A stretch of DNA of 64,000 nucleotides from Candidatus Ozemobacteraceae bacterium. GTDB taxonomy: Bacteria > Muiribacteriota > Ozemobacteria > Ozemobacterales > Ozemobacteraceae. Shown here in pieces: positions 46,696 through 56,636 of this stretch. Positions within the stretch are counted from its first letter, which is position 1, and every line of letters starts with the position of its first letter. The notes beneath the pieces are model-generated. The model saw only the letters and a program-made list of their open reading frames with translations, did no database searches and had not been told where the DNA came from. Both the position numbers and the translations under genes were made by a program. Location: positions 2,400,001 through 2,464,000 of the forward strand of contig OZ223236.1 of assembly GCA_965140445.1 (NCBI GenBank). Direction: 5' to 3'.

Positions 46696-46931
46696 CACCT
46701 ATTGAAGTCGGTTTTTTATTGGGTATGATGTGGGCTTTTTTCCTCATTATCTGGACTTTGGCTGAAATAACTGCCGGAGAACCAAGCCCATGGCTGTTAA
46801 TTATTGCCTATATATATGATGGCTTCAATTTTACTCCAAAAGGAATTTTGATTGGGGCTGGTTGGGCTTTCTCTGATGGTTTTATATCAGGTTTTGTTAT
46901 TACCTGGATAGTAAATTGGATATTTTATTAA
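46692..46931 (+). CDS. Small two-TM membrane protein
   Basis: Hydrophobic 79 aa with YxG...T..G..IG..WAF.DGF pattern; overlaps the MEMO stop. Confidence 0.65.
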   Translation: MTPIEVGFLLGMMWAFFLIIWTLAEITAGEPSPWLLIIAYIYDGFNFTPKGILIGAGWAFSDGFISGFVITWIVNWIFY

Positions 46932-48238
46932 AATTGAAAACTTCCGTATACTTCCAGCTTTCTTTCTCTGTAGTAGTCCCTGACTCTATCTCCTATTGAT
47001 GCATAAAGTCGGCCTTGAGGAAACTGATAACTCAGGTGAATAAGTGCTCCAACCCCCTTTTCATATTGGGTGTCATTGGCTTTAAGTTTATAAACATTGC
47101 TTATTACATTGGTGTCGATACCCCACCACCAGTTGGTTCCTACAGACCTTTCCCATGACAGGGTCAGCTCTGCGCTTTTAAAGTCGGTAGGACTCCAATA
47201 ATTTAATATTTGCCCAAATTCATCAGTTTGTTCTTCATAGGTGGCCTGGCTAATTTTTAAGTTAAGTGAAAGAAATGGCGCTCCCTGCCTATAAAGGAAA
47301 TGAAGGAATTCTGTGTCATACTTTTTGTAAGAATTGCCGTCTGACAAGTCAGATAAAAAAACCGATTGAATTATGCGAGTTCTTTTGTGAAGATCGCCCC
47401 ACAAAGAAATTCCATAATTTTTTTCTGACATAAAATTTTTAATAGTGAATAAATTGCTTTTAAATGATTTTTTTCCACCAGAAACCGACATGTGAAGGTT
47501 GTCAGTTCCAGTAATGGCCTGCCAGCTAAATCCGCCAATGGTTTCGTTACTTGAAAAGACTTCGGGAGCATACGTCAAAGACATGCTGCTTGAATCGTCG
47601 AATTTGTAATCCAATTGTCCGGAAAGAACCTGACTTGATACTTCATCGAGGTTTTCTTTGTGGCTCCAATTCTCAAATCTGTATCTTCCAGTCATTTTTC
47701 TATAGGTGTGAGAGGGAAAGAAACCTTCTATTGAGGAGATGGTCTGGCTCAATCCCTTGTCGTCTTCTATAACCGTTGTGCCTAGTTGAAATTCATTTTT
47801 TAATTTGGTTCTTAAATTTAAAACCTGATAGCTTAAATAATCTGAGATTGGATAGGTTTTGTGGAGATCGTCCACGACGGCTTTTGCCTTGTCAAATTCA
47901 CCTTTTTGGTAGTGGACCATAGTCATGCCCTGGTTCGCTTTAAGATTTTTGGGGTCTAATTCTATTGCCATTTCAAAAAATCTTTGGGCCTCTAATAGCT
48001 TGCCTTGAGTTAATCTAAGTTCTCCCAATTCCAGATATGCATCTAGTTTGGTTCTTTCACTGGTAAGTTTTTCAATTGCGATGTCTCTCTCAATGGCATA
48101 CAGTTCTCTGAGCTCTTTTGAAAGCTTGTCAGGACTTGCCTGCGAGGGAATTAAAAGATCGACAGGCTGCCCGTGGACTAAATTTCCACAGGATAGTAAA
48201 AGAAATATTGTCAGGAGTAATTTGGCGCGCATTTTCAT
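46928..48238 (-). CDS. Exported TPR + outer-membrane beta-barrel protein (PgaA/YaiO-like architecture)
   Basis: Signal peptide, 2-3 TPRs, alternating aromatic beta-strands, YWSP motif, terminal YGSFQF. Confidence 0.68.
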   Translation of the reverse strand: MKMRAKLLLTIFLLLSCGNLVHGQPVDLLIPSQASPDKLSKELRELYAIERDIAIEKLTSERTKLDAYLELGELRLTQGKLLEAQRFFEMAIELDPKNLKANQGMTMVHYQKGEFDKAKAVVDDLHKTYPISDYLSYQVLNLRTKLKNEFQLGTTVIEDDKGLSQTISSIEGFFPSHTYRKMTGRYRFENWSHKENLDEVSSQVLSGQLDYKFDDSSSMSLTYAPEVFSSNETIGGFSWQAITGTDNLHMSVSGGKKSFKSNLFTIKNFMSEKNYGISLWGDLHKRTRIIQSVFLSDLSDGNSYKKYDTEFLHFLYRQGAPFLSLNLKISQATYEEQTDEFGQILNYWSPTDFKSAELTLSWERSVGTNWWWGIDTNVISNVYKLKANDTQYEKGVGALIHLSYQFPQGRLYASIGDRVRDYYRERKLEVYGSFQF

Positions 48239-48248
48239 CCTATATTGA

Positions 48249-48275
48249 TTATCGGCATATTTGAAAAATTTATTA
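48249..48275 (-). promoter_or_regulatory. Putative sigma28-like promoter for the TPR/barrel gene
   Basis: TAAT-N15-GCCGATAA. Confidence 0.55.
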
Positions 48276-48312
48276 TTTGCTGTTTGCTAAGTTTAGTTTG
48301 ATGAAAAATGGC

Positions 48313-48346
48313 AAAAAAAAAGACCGCCAGAAAGGCGGTCTTTTTT
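48313..48346 (-). terminator. Intrinsic terminator
   Basis: aaaaaagaccgcc-agaaa-ggcggtctttttt. Confidence 0.88.
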
Positions 48347-48355
48347 AGAATCTAA

Positions 48356-49351
48356 TTATTCTCTTTCGTCTGCGTCTTTATTTGCTTCAGGGGCTTTCTG
48401 CATTTGTTTGATTCTATCTTCCATTTTTTTCTTAATTTCTTCAAGCTTAGCTTTTGGAACATTAAGGCTGATTTTAACAGAAGTTTCTGCAGATGTAAGT
48501 TTAACCATGTTCAATACTTCAGCTGCTTCAGGGGCTTGGCCTGCGAACATCTTAAGCATGGCAAGGAAGCCATTAAGAGAGGTCATAACTGTTTCTACGT
48601 TTTCTTTTTTATCTACTTCACCGTTGAAGTTAAATTCAATAGTATCGCCATGATTAAAAGAGAAGTGGAAAAAGTTTAGAGCTGCAAGTGGAGCTGCCTG
48701 AGGGTTAGCTTTTACTTTAGCTTTAAGTTCAGCTGGGATATTGCCAGCGCCGCTAAGAGTAGCATTGTGGTCAACTTTACTGAGAACAGCAAAGAAAGAC
48801 TTTTTGTTAGAGATGTTTTTTGCTTTGCCTTTTTTAACTGCGATAACAGACATAATACCTTTTTCGGCGCCTACAACAGCAGTATTGTTATCAAGGAATA
48901 CACCAAAACCATCTTTTTTTGATTTAGGGATCATTGCATCGAAGCCTTCAATTTTTGAAAATTCTACATCTTTTGATGCTTTTTCATCTTTTTTGATTGC
49001 TTCCATGATTTTTGAAGGTGTGAAGTCGCCTTCAAAAATTGCACCAGCATTTTGAGCTTTTTTATCAACTACTTTACCAGATGAAAAAATAACAACTTTT
49101 TTGAGATTTTCCATTGGGTTGAAGCCAGTGTTTTTTACAAATTCATCAAAAGCTTTTTTCTGTTCTGGTGATTTTGCCATGTTATCAACAAAAGCTTTTT
49201 TTACTTCTGGGCTATTGGTTAGTTTTCCAACATTGATTTCAAAAACAAAATCAGCTTCTTCAGGGATAAGTTGAAGAAGGTCTGCGCCAAAAATACTTGA
49301 GCCAGTAAAAGCTACCATTAGAGCGGTAACGAGAAGAAGCTTTCTAATCAT
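48356..49351 (-). CDS. Exported protein (DUF3352-like)
   Basis: Signal peptide, LLQLIPEEADFVFEIN N-terminal pattern, own promoter, RBS and terminator. Confidence 0.6.
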   Translation of the reverse strand: MIRKLLLVTALMVAFTGSSIFGADLLQLIPEEADFVFEINVGKLTNSPEVKKAFVDNMAKSPEQKKAFDEFVKNTGFNPMENLKKVVIFSSGKVVDKKAQNAGAIFEGDFTPSKIMEAIKKDEKASKDVEFSKIEGFDAMIPKSKKDGFGVFLDNNTAVVGAEKGIMSVIAVKKGKAKNISNKKSFFAVLSKVDHNATLSGAGNIPAELKAKVKANPQAAPLAALNFFHFSFNHGDTIEFNFNGEVDKKENVETVMTSLNGFLAMLKMFAGQAPEAAEVLNMVKLTSAETSVKISLNVPKAKLEEIKKKMEDRIKQMQKAPEANKDADERE

Positions 49352-49399
49352 ATAAGTTTGTACTCCTCAGAAAATTTTATTTGTATAAGACTGTCTTGG

Positions 49400-49429
49400 A
49401 TAATAGCTTTGTAAGGTACCAATTGTCAA
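49400..49429 (-). promoter_or_regulatory. Sigma70-like promoter
   Basis: TTGACA-N18-TATTAT. Confidence 0.45.
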
Positions 49430-49555
49430 GAATAACTGAGTTATTGCTTGAGTCTTCTCTATAAAGAGATTATACGGGCTCTTGAATCATATACAAGTCT
49501 ATGATAGCATTGGCACCCAGAATAGCGATTTAATTTTCGATAGGATAGCGAAAAA

Positions 49556-49972
49556 ATGAATTCAGAAAAAATCAAAAAGCTTTACACGGCAATGTCTGAG
49601 AACGGTTTTAACGAATTAGAACTTGAAATCGGTGGAGACGAAAAAATTCGTCTAGTGCTTGAATCTCAGACTAACGAATATCTTCAACCAGGTAATTTTG
49701 TTGAAGATAATCTTGACTCAGATGATGTTATTGAGAAGACCCAACTTGAAATTCGTTCAGACAAGGTTGGAGTTTTTAACTTTACAGATAAAAAAATTGA
49801 ATTGGGAATGACTGTCGAAAAAGGCGAAATTCTTGGATCTATAAAAGGAATAAGCTTTAAAGACAACATCAAATGTGCGGTTGGAGGAGTTCTATCAGAA
49901 ATTAATGTTCAAGAAGGAACTGTAGTGGACTTTGGAAAACTACTTTTCATGATTGACCTTAACGCTGAGTAA
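49556..49972 (+). CDS. BCCP (AccB)-like protein lacking the biotinylation motif
   Basis: AccB-type N-terminus (ELELE..IRL) and biotinyl-domain pattern GEILGSI-KGISF-KDNIK...GVLSEINVQEGTVVDFGKLLF; EAMKM is replaced by KGISF. Confidence 0.8.
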   Translation: MNSEKIKKLYTAMSENGFNELELEIGGDEKIRLVLESQTNEYLQPGNFVEDNLDSDDVIEKTQLEIRSDKVGVFNFTDKKIELGMTVEKGEILGSIKGISFKDNIKCAVGGVLSEINVQEGTVVDFGKLLFMIDLNAE

Positions 49973-50007
49973 CTGAATTCCGAAAATCCTAAAACTGGAG
50001 ATTTGAA

Positions 50008-51417
50008 ATGTTTTCCAAAATACTGATTGCTAATAGAGGCGAAATCGCCGTTCGAATAATTCGCACCTGCAAAAGACTTGGCGTAAAAACCGTTGCTGTT
50101 TATTCTGAAGCTGATAGAGAGTCTCTTCATGTCAGAATGGCAGATGAAGCTTATTGCATCGGACCGGCAAGACCTGATTTGTCATATTTGAATATTCCAA
50201 ATATTCTTTCGGTAGCAAATGCTACGAATTGCGAAGCAATACATCCAGGTTATGGATTTTTATCTGAAAATCCAAGTTTTGCTGAAATTACTGAAAAATG
50301 TGGGTTTGTTTTTATTGGCCCGGATTATAAAGCCATTGAAAGAATGGGACAAAAATCAGTAGCAAGGGATTTAATGAGCCGCTCCGGAGTCCCGATTATG
50401 CCTGGCTCTCCAACTGCAATAGAAAATTCTGCAGATGCCTTGATTGTTGCAAGAGAAATTGGTTTTCCTGTCCTTGTTAAGGCTACTTCTGGTGGTGGCG
50501 GCAAAGGAATGCGCTACGTGGAAAAAGAAGAAGATTTTGAAGGTCTGTTTCATATGGCTCAGGCAGAAGCCCAGGCATCATTCGGAGACAACAGGGTTTA
50601 TGTAGAAAAATTTATGAAGAATCCACGACATGTTGAAGTTCAGATTATTGCTGACAGACATGGTAATGTGGTTGCCCTTGGAGAGAGAGAGTGCTCTATC
50701 CAGAGAAGGCACCAGAAGCTTATAGAAGAATCACCGTCTCCAGCTGTTTCTCCAGATTTAAGGAAAAAAATGGCTGAGACTGCTATAAAAGCAGCAAAGG
50801 CTATTAAGTATCATAATGCCGGGACAATTGAATTCCTTTTAGACAGTGATGGCCAGTTCTTTTTCATGGAAATGAATACAAGATTGCAGGTTGAGCATCC
50901 AGTTACAGAAATGGTTTGTAATTATGATCTGGTTGAGCTTCAGCTAAGAGTTGCAGCCGGTGAAGAACTACCCATGAAAGAGGATCTTGTAGAGCCACAA
51001 GGTTGGGCTATTGAATGTCGAATAAATGCGGAAGATCCTGAAAACGGTTTCATACCTTGCCCTGGAGTTATTGAAAAATATCTTGTTCCCGGGGGACCAT
51101 GGATCAGAGTCGACTCAGCTGCTTTCCAGGATTATCTGGTAAGTTCTAACTATGATTCTATGGTTGCAAAGCTTATTGTTTGGGGACGCAATCGAGAAGA
51201 AGCTATGGATAGAATGATTTCAGCTCTTAAAGAGTATGAAATTCATGGTATTGAAACAACAATACCTTTCCATCTTCACGTTATGAGTCACCCGGATTTC
51301 CGATCTGGAAATTTTTCTACCAATTTTGTTGATAAAAATTTCGACTCTTTTATAAATTCCATAAAAGAAGAAAAAGCAGAAAAGCCAGAGGTAAAAACAC
51401 TAACGGCTACTGCATAG
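50008..51417 (+). CDS. accC: Biotin carboxylase
   Basis: KILIANRGEIA, HPGYGFLSEN, GGGGKG, ERECSIQRRHQK, EMNTRLQVEHPVTE, YDSMVAKL. Confidence 0.96.
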   Translation: MFSKILIANRGEIAVRIIRTCKRLGVKTVAVYSEADRESLHVRMADEAYCIGPARPDLSYLNIPNILSVANATNCEAIHPGYGFLSENPSFAEITEKCGFVFIGPDYKAIERMGQKSVARDLMSRSGVPIMPGSPTAIENSADALIVAREIGFPVLVKATSGGGGKGMRYVEKEEDFEGLFHMAQAEAQASFGDNRVYVEKFMKNPRHVEVQIIADRHGNVVALGERECSIQRRHQKLIEESPSPAVSPDLRKKMAETAIKAAKAIKYHNAGTIEFLLDSDGQFFFMEMNTRLQVEHPVTEMVCNYDLVELQLRVAAGEELPMKEDLVEPQGWAIECRINAEDPENGFIPCPGVIEKYLVPGGPWIRVDSAAFQDYLVSSNYDSMVAKLIVWGRNREEAMDRMISALKEYEIHGIETTIPFHLHVMSHPDFRSGNFSTNFVDKNFDSFINSIKEEKAEKPEVKTLTATA

Positions 51418-51431
51418 GTTATTGGTGAAAA

Positions 51432-52688
51432 ATGTCATTTGACACAATTACAGAAATTCCCTTTCCAGCGAAGGTTCTTAAAGTAAAGGACCTTACCGGG
51501 CATATAAAGAGCCTTCTGGAAAGGGATTCTCTTTTGCAGGGCGTATGGATTCAGGGAGAAATCTCGAATCTTGTCAGGGCAGCTTCTGGGCATTGTTACC
51601 TGACCTTGAAAGATGAAAAGTCTACAGTTAAAGCCGCACTTTGGGCTGGTAACCGGAGAAGGATTAAAACTGAATTCAAAAACGGCGACCAGGTACTCGT
51701 TTATGGCTCAATCTCGGTTTATTTACCAAGAGGCGAATACCAGATTATAATAAACGATATTCGCCCTGTTGGTATCGGAGCTTTATACGAAGCTTTTGAA
51801 AAATTGAAAAGCAAGCTTGGCGCTGAAGGGCTTTTCGATCCAGACAGAAAGCTTCCGCTACCATTCCTTCCAAAAGGCATAGGAATTGTAACTTCTTCAA
51901 CCGGAGCGGTAATTCAGGATATTTTCAGAGTAATCAGAAGGCGATATCCCAACATGCCTCTTTATCTTGTTCCAGCTAAGGTTCAGGGAGCTGGCGCTGC
52001 AGACGAGATTGTGACTGGTATTAATCGCCTGATAAAAGATGAACGTGTGGATGTAATTATCATTGGTCGCGGGGGTGGAAGCCTTGAAGATTTGTGGCCT
52101 TTCAATGAAGAAAAGGTTGCGAGGGCTATTGCCGCTTCTCATAAGCCAATTGTTTCAGCTGTTGGTCACGAGACTGATACCACTATTGCTGATTTTGTCG
52201 CTGACATAAGAGCAGCTACTCCATCGGTTGCAGGTGAACTGGTGGTGCCGGTTAAAGCCGATCTCTCAGGTGCTGTTGAGAGACAGAGTAAGAGGCTTGT
52301 GCGATCTTTAAAAATGAATCTTGAGCTGGCAAGGAAGAACTATAGACAGCTTGAGAGTTGTCGTTTCTTGAAAAAGCCATCTTTGCTTGTTGCTGAGCGA
52401 AGAATTTATATTATGAATTTATCAAAGGATCTTGAAGGATTCTTTAAACGTTTTGTGTCTTCTGCCAGGCATCGATTTGAGCTTTTAAAATCAGGCCTTG
52501 AAAATTTAAACCCAAAAGCTCTTTTAAGCCGAGGGTTTATTATGGCACAGGATCTCGATGGAAAAGTTATTACCTCAGTCTCTCAGTTAAAGTCCAGACA
52601 ATCTTTAAATCTTATGTTTGCTGATGGTGAAGCTGAAGTCGGTGTAAAAAAAGTTAAAAAAGTAGATGGAGCTGATAATGATGAATGA
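51432..52688 (+). CDS. xseA: Exodeoxyribonuclease VII large subunit
   Basis: GEISN...SGHCYLTLKD, RGGGSLEDLWPFNEE, SAVGHETD, RAATPS. Confidence 0.96.
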   Translation: MSFDTITEIPFPAKVLKVKDLTGHIKSLLERDSLLQGVWIQGEISNLVRAASGHCYLTLKDEKSTVKAALWAGNRRRIKTEFKNGDQVLVYGSISVYLPRGEYQIIINDIRPVGIGALYEAFEKLKSKLGAEGLFDPDRKLPLPFLPKGIGIVTSSTGAVIQDIFRVIRRRYPNMPLYLVPAKVQGAGAADEIVTGINRLIKDERVDVIIIGRGGGSLEDLWPFNEEKVARAIAASHKPIVSAVGHETDTTIADFVADIRAATPSVAGELVVPVKADLSGAVERQSKRLVRSLKMNLELARKNYRQLESCRFLKKPSLLVAERRIYIMNLSKDLEGFFKRFVSSARHRFELLKSGLENLNPKALLSRGFIMAQDLDGKVITSVSQLKSRQSLNLMFADGEAEVGVKKVKKVDGADNDE

Positions 52689-52959
52689 AGAATTAAAAGA
52701 AATCCTGGAACTCTCAGAAGAACAGATAAAAAATCTCAGTTATGAGTCAGCCATGGAAAAGTTGGAAGTTGTTGTTAATGCTCTGGAGGAGGAGGGAACT
52801 CCTTTAGAAATGGGTTTAAGGCTTTATGAATTAGGAACAATTTTGTCCAGAAAATGCGGCCAGATATTGGATTCAACTGAAGAAAAAATGGTTCAATTAC
52901 TTGGTACCGTAGAGAACCCCAAGGAAGAAAATTTTAATCCAGAGGATGATGGAAGATAG
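52678..52959 (+). CDS. xseB: Exodeoxyribonuclease VII small subunit
   Basis: SYESAMEKLEVVVNALE...LYELG...C; overlaps the xseA end. Confidence 0.92.
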   Translation: MMNEELKEILELSEEQIKNLSYESAMEKLEVVVNALEEEGTPLEMGLRLYELGTILSRKCGQILDSTEEKMVQLLGTVENPKEENFNPEDDGR

Positions 52960-52961
52960 TT

Positions 52962-53855
52962 TTGGATACATTTGAATCTACATTAAAAAGCGAATCAAAT
53001 AGAATTGATCAGAAGCTAAAAACATGGCTTCCCAATACCGGTGCAACACGTCTGCTACAGTTTAATGAAGCAGTTAGATATAGTGCTTTAGCCGGTGGAA
53101 AAAGGATTCGTCCGATTCTTTGTCTTTTTGTTGCTGAAGCCTATGGAATTGGTTTAGATGCTGCAATCAAAACAGGGTGCGCAATAGAACTAATTCACTG
53201 TTATTCACTTGTCCATGACGATTTGCCGGCTATGGATAATGATGACTTTAGAAGGGGCAAGCCAACCAATCATAAAGTTTATGGCGAGGCGGTTGCAATA
53301 TTAGTAGGGGACAGTTTATTGACTTTAGCCTTTAAATGGCTTTCTGAACTTGAGCAGCTTGGGGTTTCCCCTGAAAAATGCCTGCAGATAATTAGTTTAA
53401 TAAGCTCTGCAGCAGGACATGAAGGCATGATTGGCGGCCAGATTCTTGATCTCGCAGGTGAGAATAAGGATTTAAGCTTTGAGGATTTAAAAGCTATACA
53501 TTCAAGAAAAACTGGCGCACTTATAAAAGCCCCAATTATTTGTGGTGCTTTGCTCGCCAATGCCCCGGAAGCAGATCTTGAAAAACTCACCCTGTTTTCT
53601 GAAAAGTTAGGGCTTCTATTTCAGGTGGTGGATGACATTCTCGACATAGAAGGTGATCTTGAAACTCTTGGAAAACTTCCTGGAAGTGATATAAAACTTG
53701 GCAAATCAACTTATCCGTCTATACTTGGTATTGACGTTGCAAAAAAAATGGCCTCCGAACTATATCAAGAGGCCGTGGAAATCCTTGATGGATTGAGCGT
53801 AACAAATACAAAGCTTTTAAAGCTTACAGAGTTTTTATATACTAGAAAAAATTAA
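52962..53855 (+). CDS. ispA: Farnesyl/geranyl diphosphate synthase
   Basis: GGKRIRP, YSLVHDDLPAMDNDDFRRG, KTGALI, FQVVDDILD. Confidence 0.95.
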   Translation: MDTFESTLKSESNRIDQKLKTWLPNTGATRLLQFNEAVRYSALAGGKRIRPILCLFVAEAYGIGLDAAIKTGCAIELIHCYSLVHDDLPAMDNDDFRRGKPTNHKVYGEAVAILVGDSLLTLAFKWLSELEQLGVSPEKCLQIISLISSAAGHEGMIGGQILDLAGENKDLSFEDLKAIHSRKTGALIKAPIICGALLANAPEADLEKLTLFSEKLGLLFQVVDDILDIEGDLETLGKLPGSDIKLGKSTYPSILGIDVAKKMASELYQEAVEILDGLSVTNTKLLKLTEFLYTRKN

Positions 53856-53877
53856 CAGAATTGGAAGGGAGACTTTA

Positions 53878-54561
53878 GTGGAACAGGCAGACTCCGTTTT
53901 TGCTATTGTTGTGGCTGGCGGAATGGGAACTAGAATGAATAGCGGTGTCCCGAAGCAGTTCCTTTCTCTCAAGGGAAAACCAGTTGTTCAATGGAGCTTA
54001 GATTGTTTTAATCAAACTCCTGAAGTTGAAGAGATAGTATTGGTACTCCCGGAGAGTTGGTTAGATGAAGGACGTGATAAATTAATTGGCTTTGATCCTT
54101 TAAAGCCTTTTACACTTGTTGTTGGTGGAGAAACTCGTCAGGAGTCTGTGGCTCAGGGACTTGCCTCTATTACAGCTGAAGATGGTTGGGTAATAATTCA
54201 TGATGGCGCACGGCCAGCTATAAGCTGCGAACTGATTGTGAGAACTTTAAAAGTCGCCCAGGAGAAAGGAAACGCAGTATGCGCAGTTCCTTCCAATGAC
54301 ACCCTGGTTAAGGTTGCTGATGGCCAGGTAGTGGCTCAGATTGATCGAAATGAGATTTATAGGGTTCAGACACCACAAATTTTTCGTCTGGCAAAACTTA
54401 GAAAAGCCATTGAATTTGCCAGGCAAAATGGAATAACCGGAACAGATGATTCTGGCTTGATGCGAGAGATCGGAGAGGTTATAAACCTCGTAGATGGAAC
54501 TGATTTGAATGTAAAGATAACCAGAGAAGATGATCTGGAGATTTTGGAAGCATTACTTTAA
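53878..54561 (+). CDS. ispD: MEP cytidylyltransferase
   Basis: AGGMGTRM..PKQF, GGETRQESV, IHDGARP, QTPQ, TDD, NVKIT. Confidence 0.95.
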   Translation: MEQADSVFAIVVAGGMGTRMNSGVPKQFLSLKGKPVVQWSLDCFNQTPEVEEIVLVLPESWLDEGRDKLIGFDPLKPFTLVVGGETRQESVAQGLASITAEDGWVIIHDGARPAISCELIVRTLKVAQEKGNAVCAVPSNDTLVKVADGQVVAQIDRNEIYRVQTPQIFRLAKLRKAIEFARQNGITGTDDSGLMREIGEVINLVDGTDLNVKITREDDLEILEALL

Positions 54562-54573
54562 AAGGGCCAGGCG

Positions 54574-55452
54574 ATGAAAAAAACTCTGATTGTGCATGCT
54601 CCAGCTAAAATTAATGTTGGGCTTTGGGTTAAGGAAAAGAGAAACGATGGTTTTCATGAATTAGCAAGTATAATGCAGACCATTTCATTGGCAGATACAA
54701 TTACCCTCAAAGAAACTCGAGAAGAGGGAATACATATTTTTTGTGATAATCCGGCAGTTCCAACTGATTCAACGAACCTTGTTCATAAAGCTGCTACATT
54801 GTTTCTGGATAAATTCGATATTAAGCCGGCTGTTACAATTAATATAGAGAAAAAAATCCCGGTAGCCGCCGGATTAGCTGGAGGCAGCACTGATGCTGCA
54901 GCAGTTTTAACTGGTTTGGCCAGAATGTATGATAAGCCAATCACTGTTCCAGATATAATGAAAATTTCAAGTTCAATAGGTTCTGATGTGCCCTTTGTCG
55001 TTCACGGCGGATTAGCTATTGCAGAGGGCAGGGGAGAACAACTCAAGTTCTTTGAACCACCAAGACCTCCTTATGCGGTAGTAATAGTAGTTCCACAGGG
55101 AGTTCAGGTTTCAACTAAATGGGCTTATGATAATTATCAGCCAGGTGAGAATTCGGTTAAAGCAGCAGCATTTGAGGGAATTTTCCAGGCTTACAAGCGT
55201 AGAGATATTGATACTCTAAGAAAATTGGTATTTAATGATCTTGAGTCGGTGACGTTGCATCGTCATCCTGAAGTTCAGAGAATAAAGGAATTATTGTCAA
55301 TGACAGGTGAAGGAGTTATTTTAATGTCTGGCAGTGGCCCTTCTGTTTTTGGCCTGTTTTCGGATCGAAAAGCTGCATTAAATGCTCTGAAAAATCTTCA
55401 TGGCGAGCCAGTCGATGCTTTTATAGAGCACACAACGCGAAAGAATTTCTAA
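54574..55452 (+). CDS. ispE: CDP-ME kinase
   Basis: APAKIN, KKIPVAAGLAGGSTDAAA, GSDVPF, MSGSGP. Confidence 0.95.
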   Translation: MKKTLIVHAPAKINVGLWVKEKRNDGFHELASIMQTISLADTITLKETREEGIHIFCDNPAVPTDSTNLVHKAATLFLDKFDIKPAVTINIEKKIPVAAGLAGGSTDAAAVLTGLARMYDKPITVPDIMKISSSIGSDVPFVVHGGLAIAEGRGEQLKFFEPPRPPYAVVIVVPQGVQVSTKWAYDNYQPGENSVKAAAFEGIFQAYKRRDIDTLRKLVFNDLESVTLHRHPEVQRIKELLSMTGEGVILMSGSGPSVFGLFSDRKAALNALKNLHGEPVDAFIEHTTRKNF

Positions 55453-55463
55453 CAGGTAAACAA

Positions 55464-56621
55464 ATGAAAAACATCTCTGTTCTTGGCGCTACAGGTTCAA
55501 TTGGGCTTAGCACTCTTGATATTGCTAGAAGTAATCCATCCAGAATCAAAATTGAAGCCTTATGTGCTGGAAGAAATTATAAGAAATTAGCTGAACAAGC
55601 AATCGAATTTAAACCTTCATACGTTGCAATTGCAGATGCCAGTTTTGAAGCTCCTTTAAAAGATTTATTAAAGGGGTATGATATTAAGGTTGAGTCTGGT
55701 CCCCAATCTATAATAGAGGCTGCAACATGCAAAAAAGCAGATATGGTTATAGCGGCAATCGTTGGGGCGGCTGGGCTGGAGCCTGTTATGGCTGCAATAG
55801 ACTCTGGAAAAGATATTGGTCTGGCAAATAAAGAAACCCTTGTTGTTGGCGGAAAAATCGTAATGGAAGCTGTTAAAAGCAAAGGTGTCGCCTTGTTGCC
55901 TGTGGATAGTGAGCATTCTGCAATTTTCCAATGTTTGCCACATCATAATAAAAATAAAAAAGTAAGAAAAATAATTATTACTGCTTCTGGTGGTCCCTTC
56001 AGGACATGGGATTCAAATCAGTTAAAGGACATTAGGGTAGAGCAGGCTTTAAAACATCCAAATTGGGATATGGGCGGCAAAATTACTATTGATTCTGCTA
56101 CTTTAATGAATAAAGGGCTTGAAGTAATTGAAGCGCGATGGCTTTTCGGAATGGACTTTGAACAGATTCAGGTCGTTGTTCACCCCCAGTCCATAGTTCA
56201 CAGTCTTGTAGAATTTACTGATGGTTCTGTTCTGGCTCAGATGGGATGGCCCGATATGAAGCTTCCTATACAATATGCAATCAGCTATCCAGACAGGTGG
56301 GGAGAAGCTCTCAAACCACTGGATCTGGTTAAAGCCGGATCTCTAACCTTTGAAGAACCAAGAATAAATGATTTCCCTTGTCTTGATATTGCTTTTAAAT
56401 GTGGAAAAAAAGGCGGGGATAGACCATGCGTAATGAATGCTGCTAATGAAATTGCTGTAGAGCAATTCTTGCAGAAAAAAATTGGTTTTCAGCAAATTCC
56501 CGAGATTATTTCTAAAACCCTGAAGGATGTTAAATTTTCTGAACCAGATAGCATCCCTGCTTTACTAAAAATTGATAAAAAAGCTCGAGAATTGGCTTAT
56601 TCACATATTGATAAAAGTTAG
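55464..56621 (+). CDS. dxr: 1-deoxy-D-xylulose-5-phosphate reductoisomerase
   Basis: LGATGSIG, LANKE, PVDSEHSAIFQ, HPNWDMG.KITIDSATLMNKGLE. Confidence 0.97.
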   Translation: MKNISVLGATGSIGLSTLDIARSNPSRIKIEALCAGRNYKKLAEQAIEFKPSYVAIADASFEAPLKDLLKGYDIKVESGPQSIIEAATCKKADMVIAAIVGAAGLEPVMAAIDSGKDIGLANKETLVVGGKIVMEAVKSKGVALLPVDSEHSAIFQCLPHHNKNKKVRKIIITASGGPFRTWDSNQLKDIRVEQALKHPNWDMGGKITIDSATLMNKGLEVIEARWLFGMDFEQIQVVVHPQSIVHSLVEFTDGSVLAQMGWPDMKLPIQYAISYPDRWGEALKPLDLVKAGSLTFEEPRINDFPCLDIAFKCGKKGGDRPCVMNAANEIAVEQFLQKKIGFQQIPEIISKTLKDVKFSEPDSIPALLKIDKKARELAYSHIDKS

Positions 56622-56636
56622 ATTGAGGTTGTAACA

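Noticed and set aside
46692..46931. Holin-like small membrane protein indicating a prophage
   Set aside because: No endolysin, integrase or structural phage genes in the window.
49510..49527. TTGGCAC...GC as a sigma54 promoter for the accB-like gene
   Set aside because: GG-to-GC spacing is 11 nt, not the required 10.
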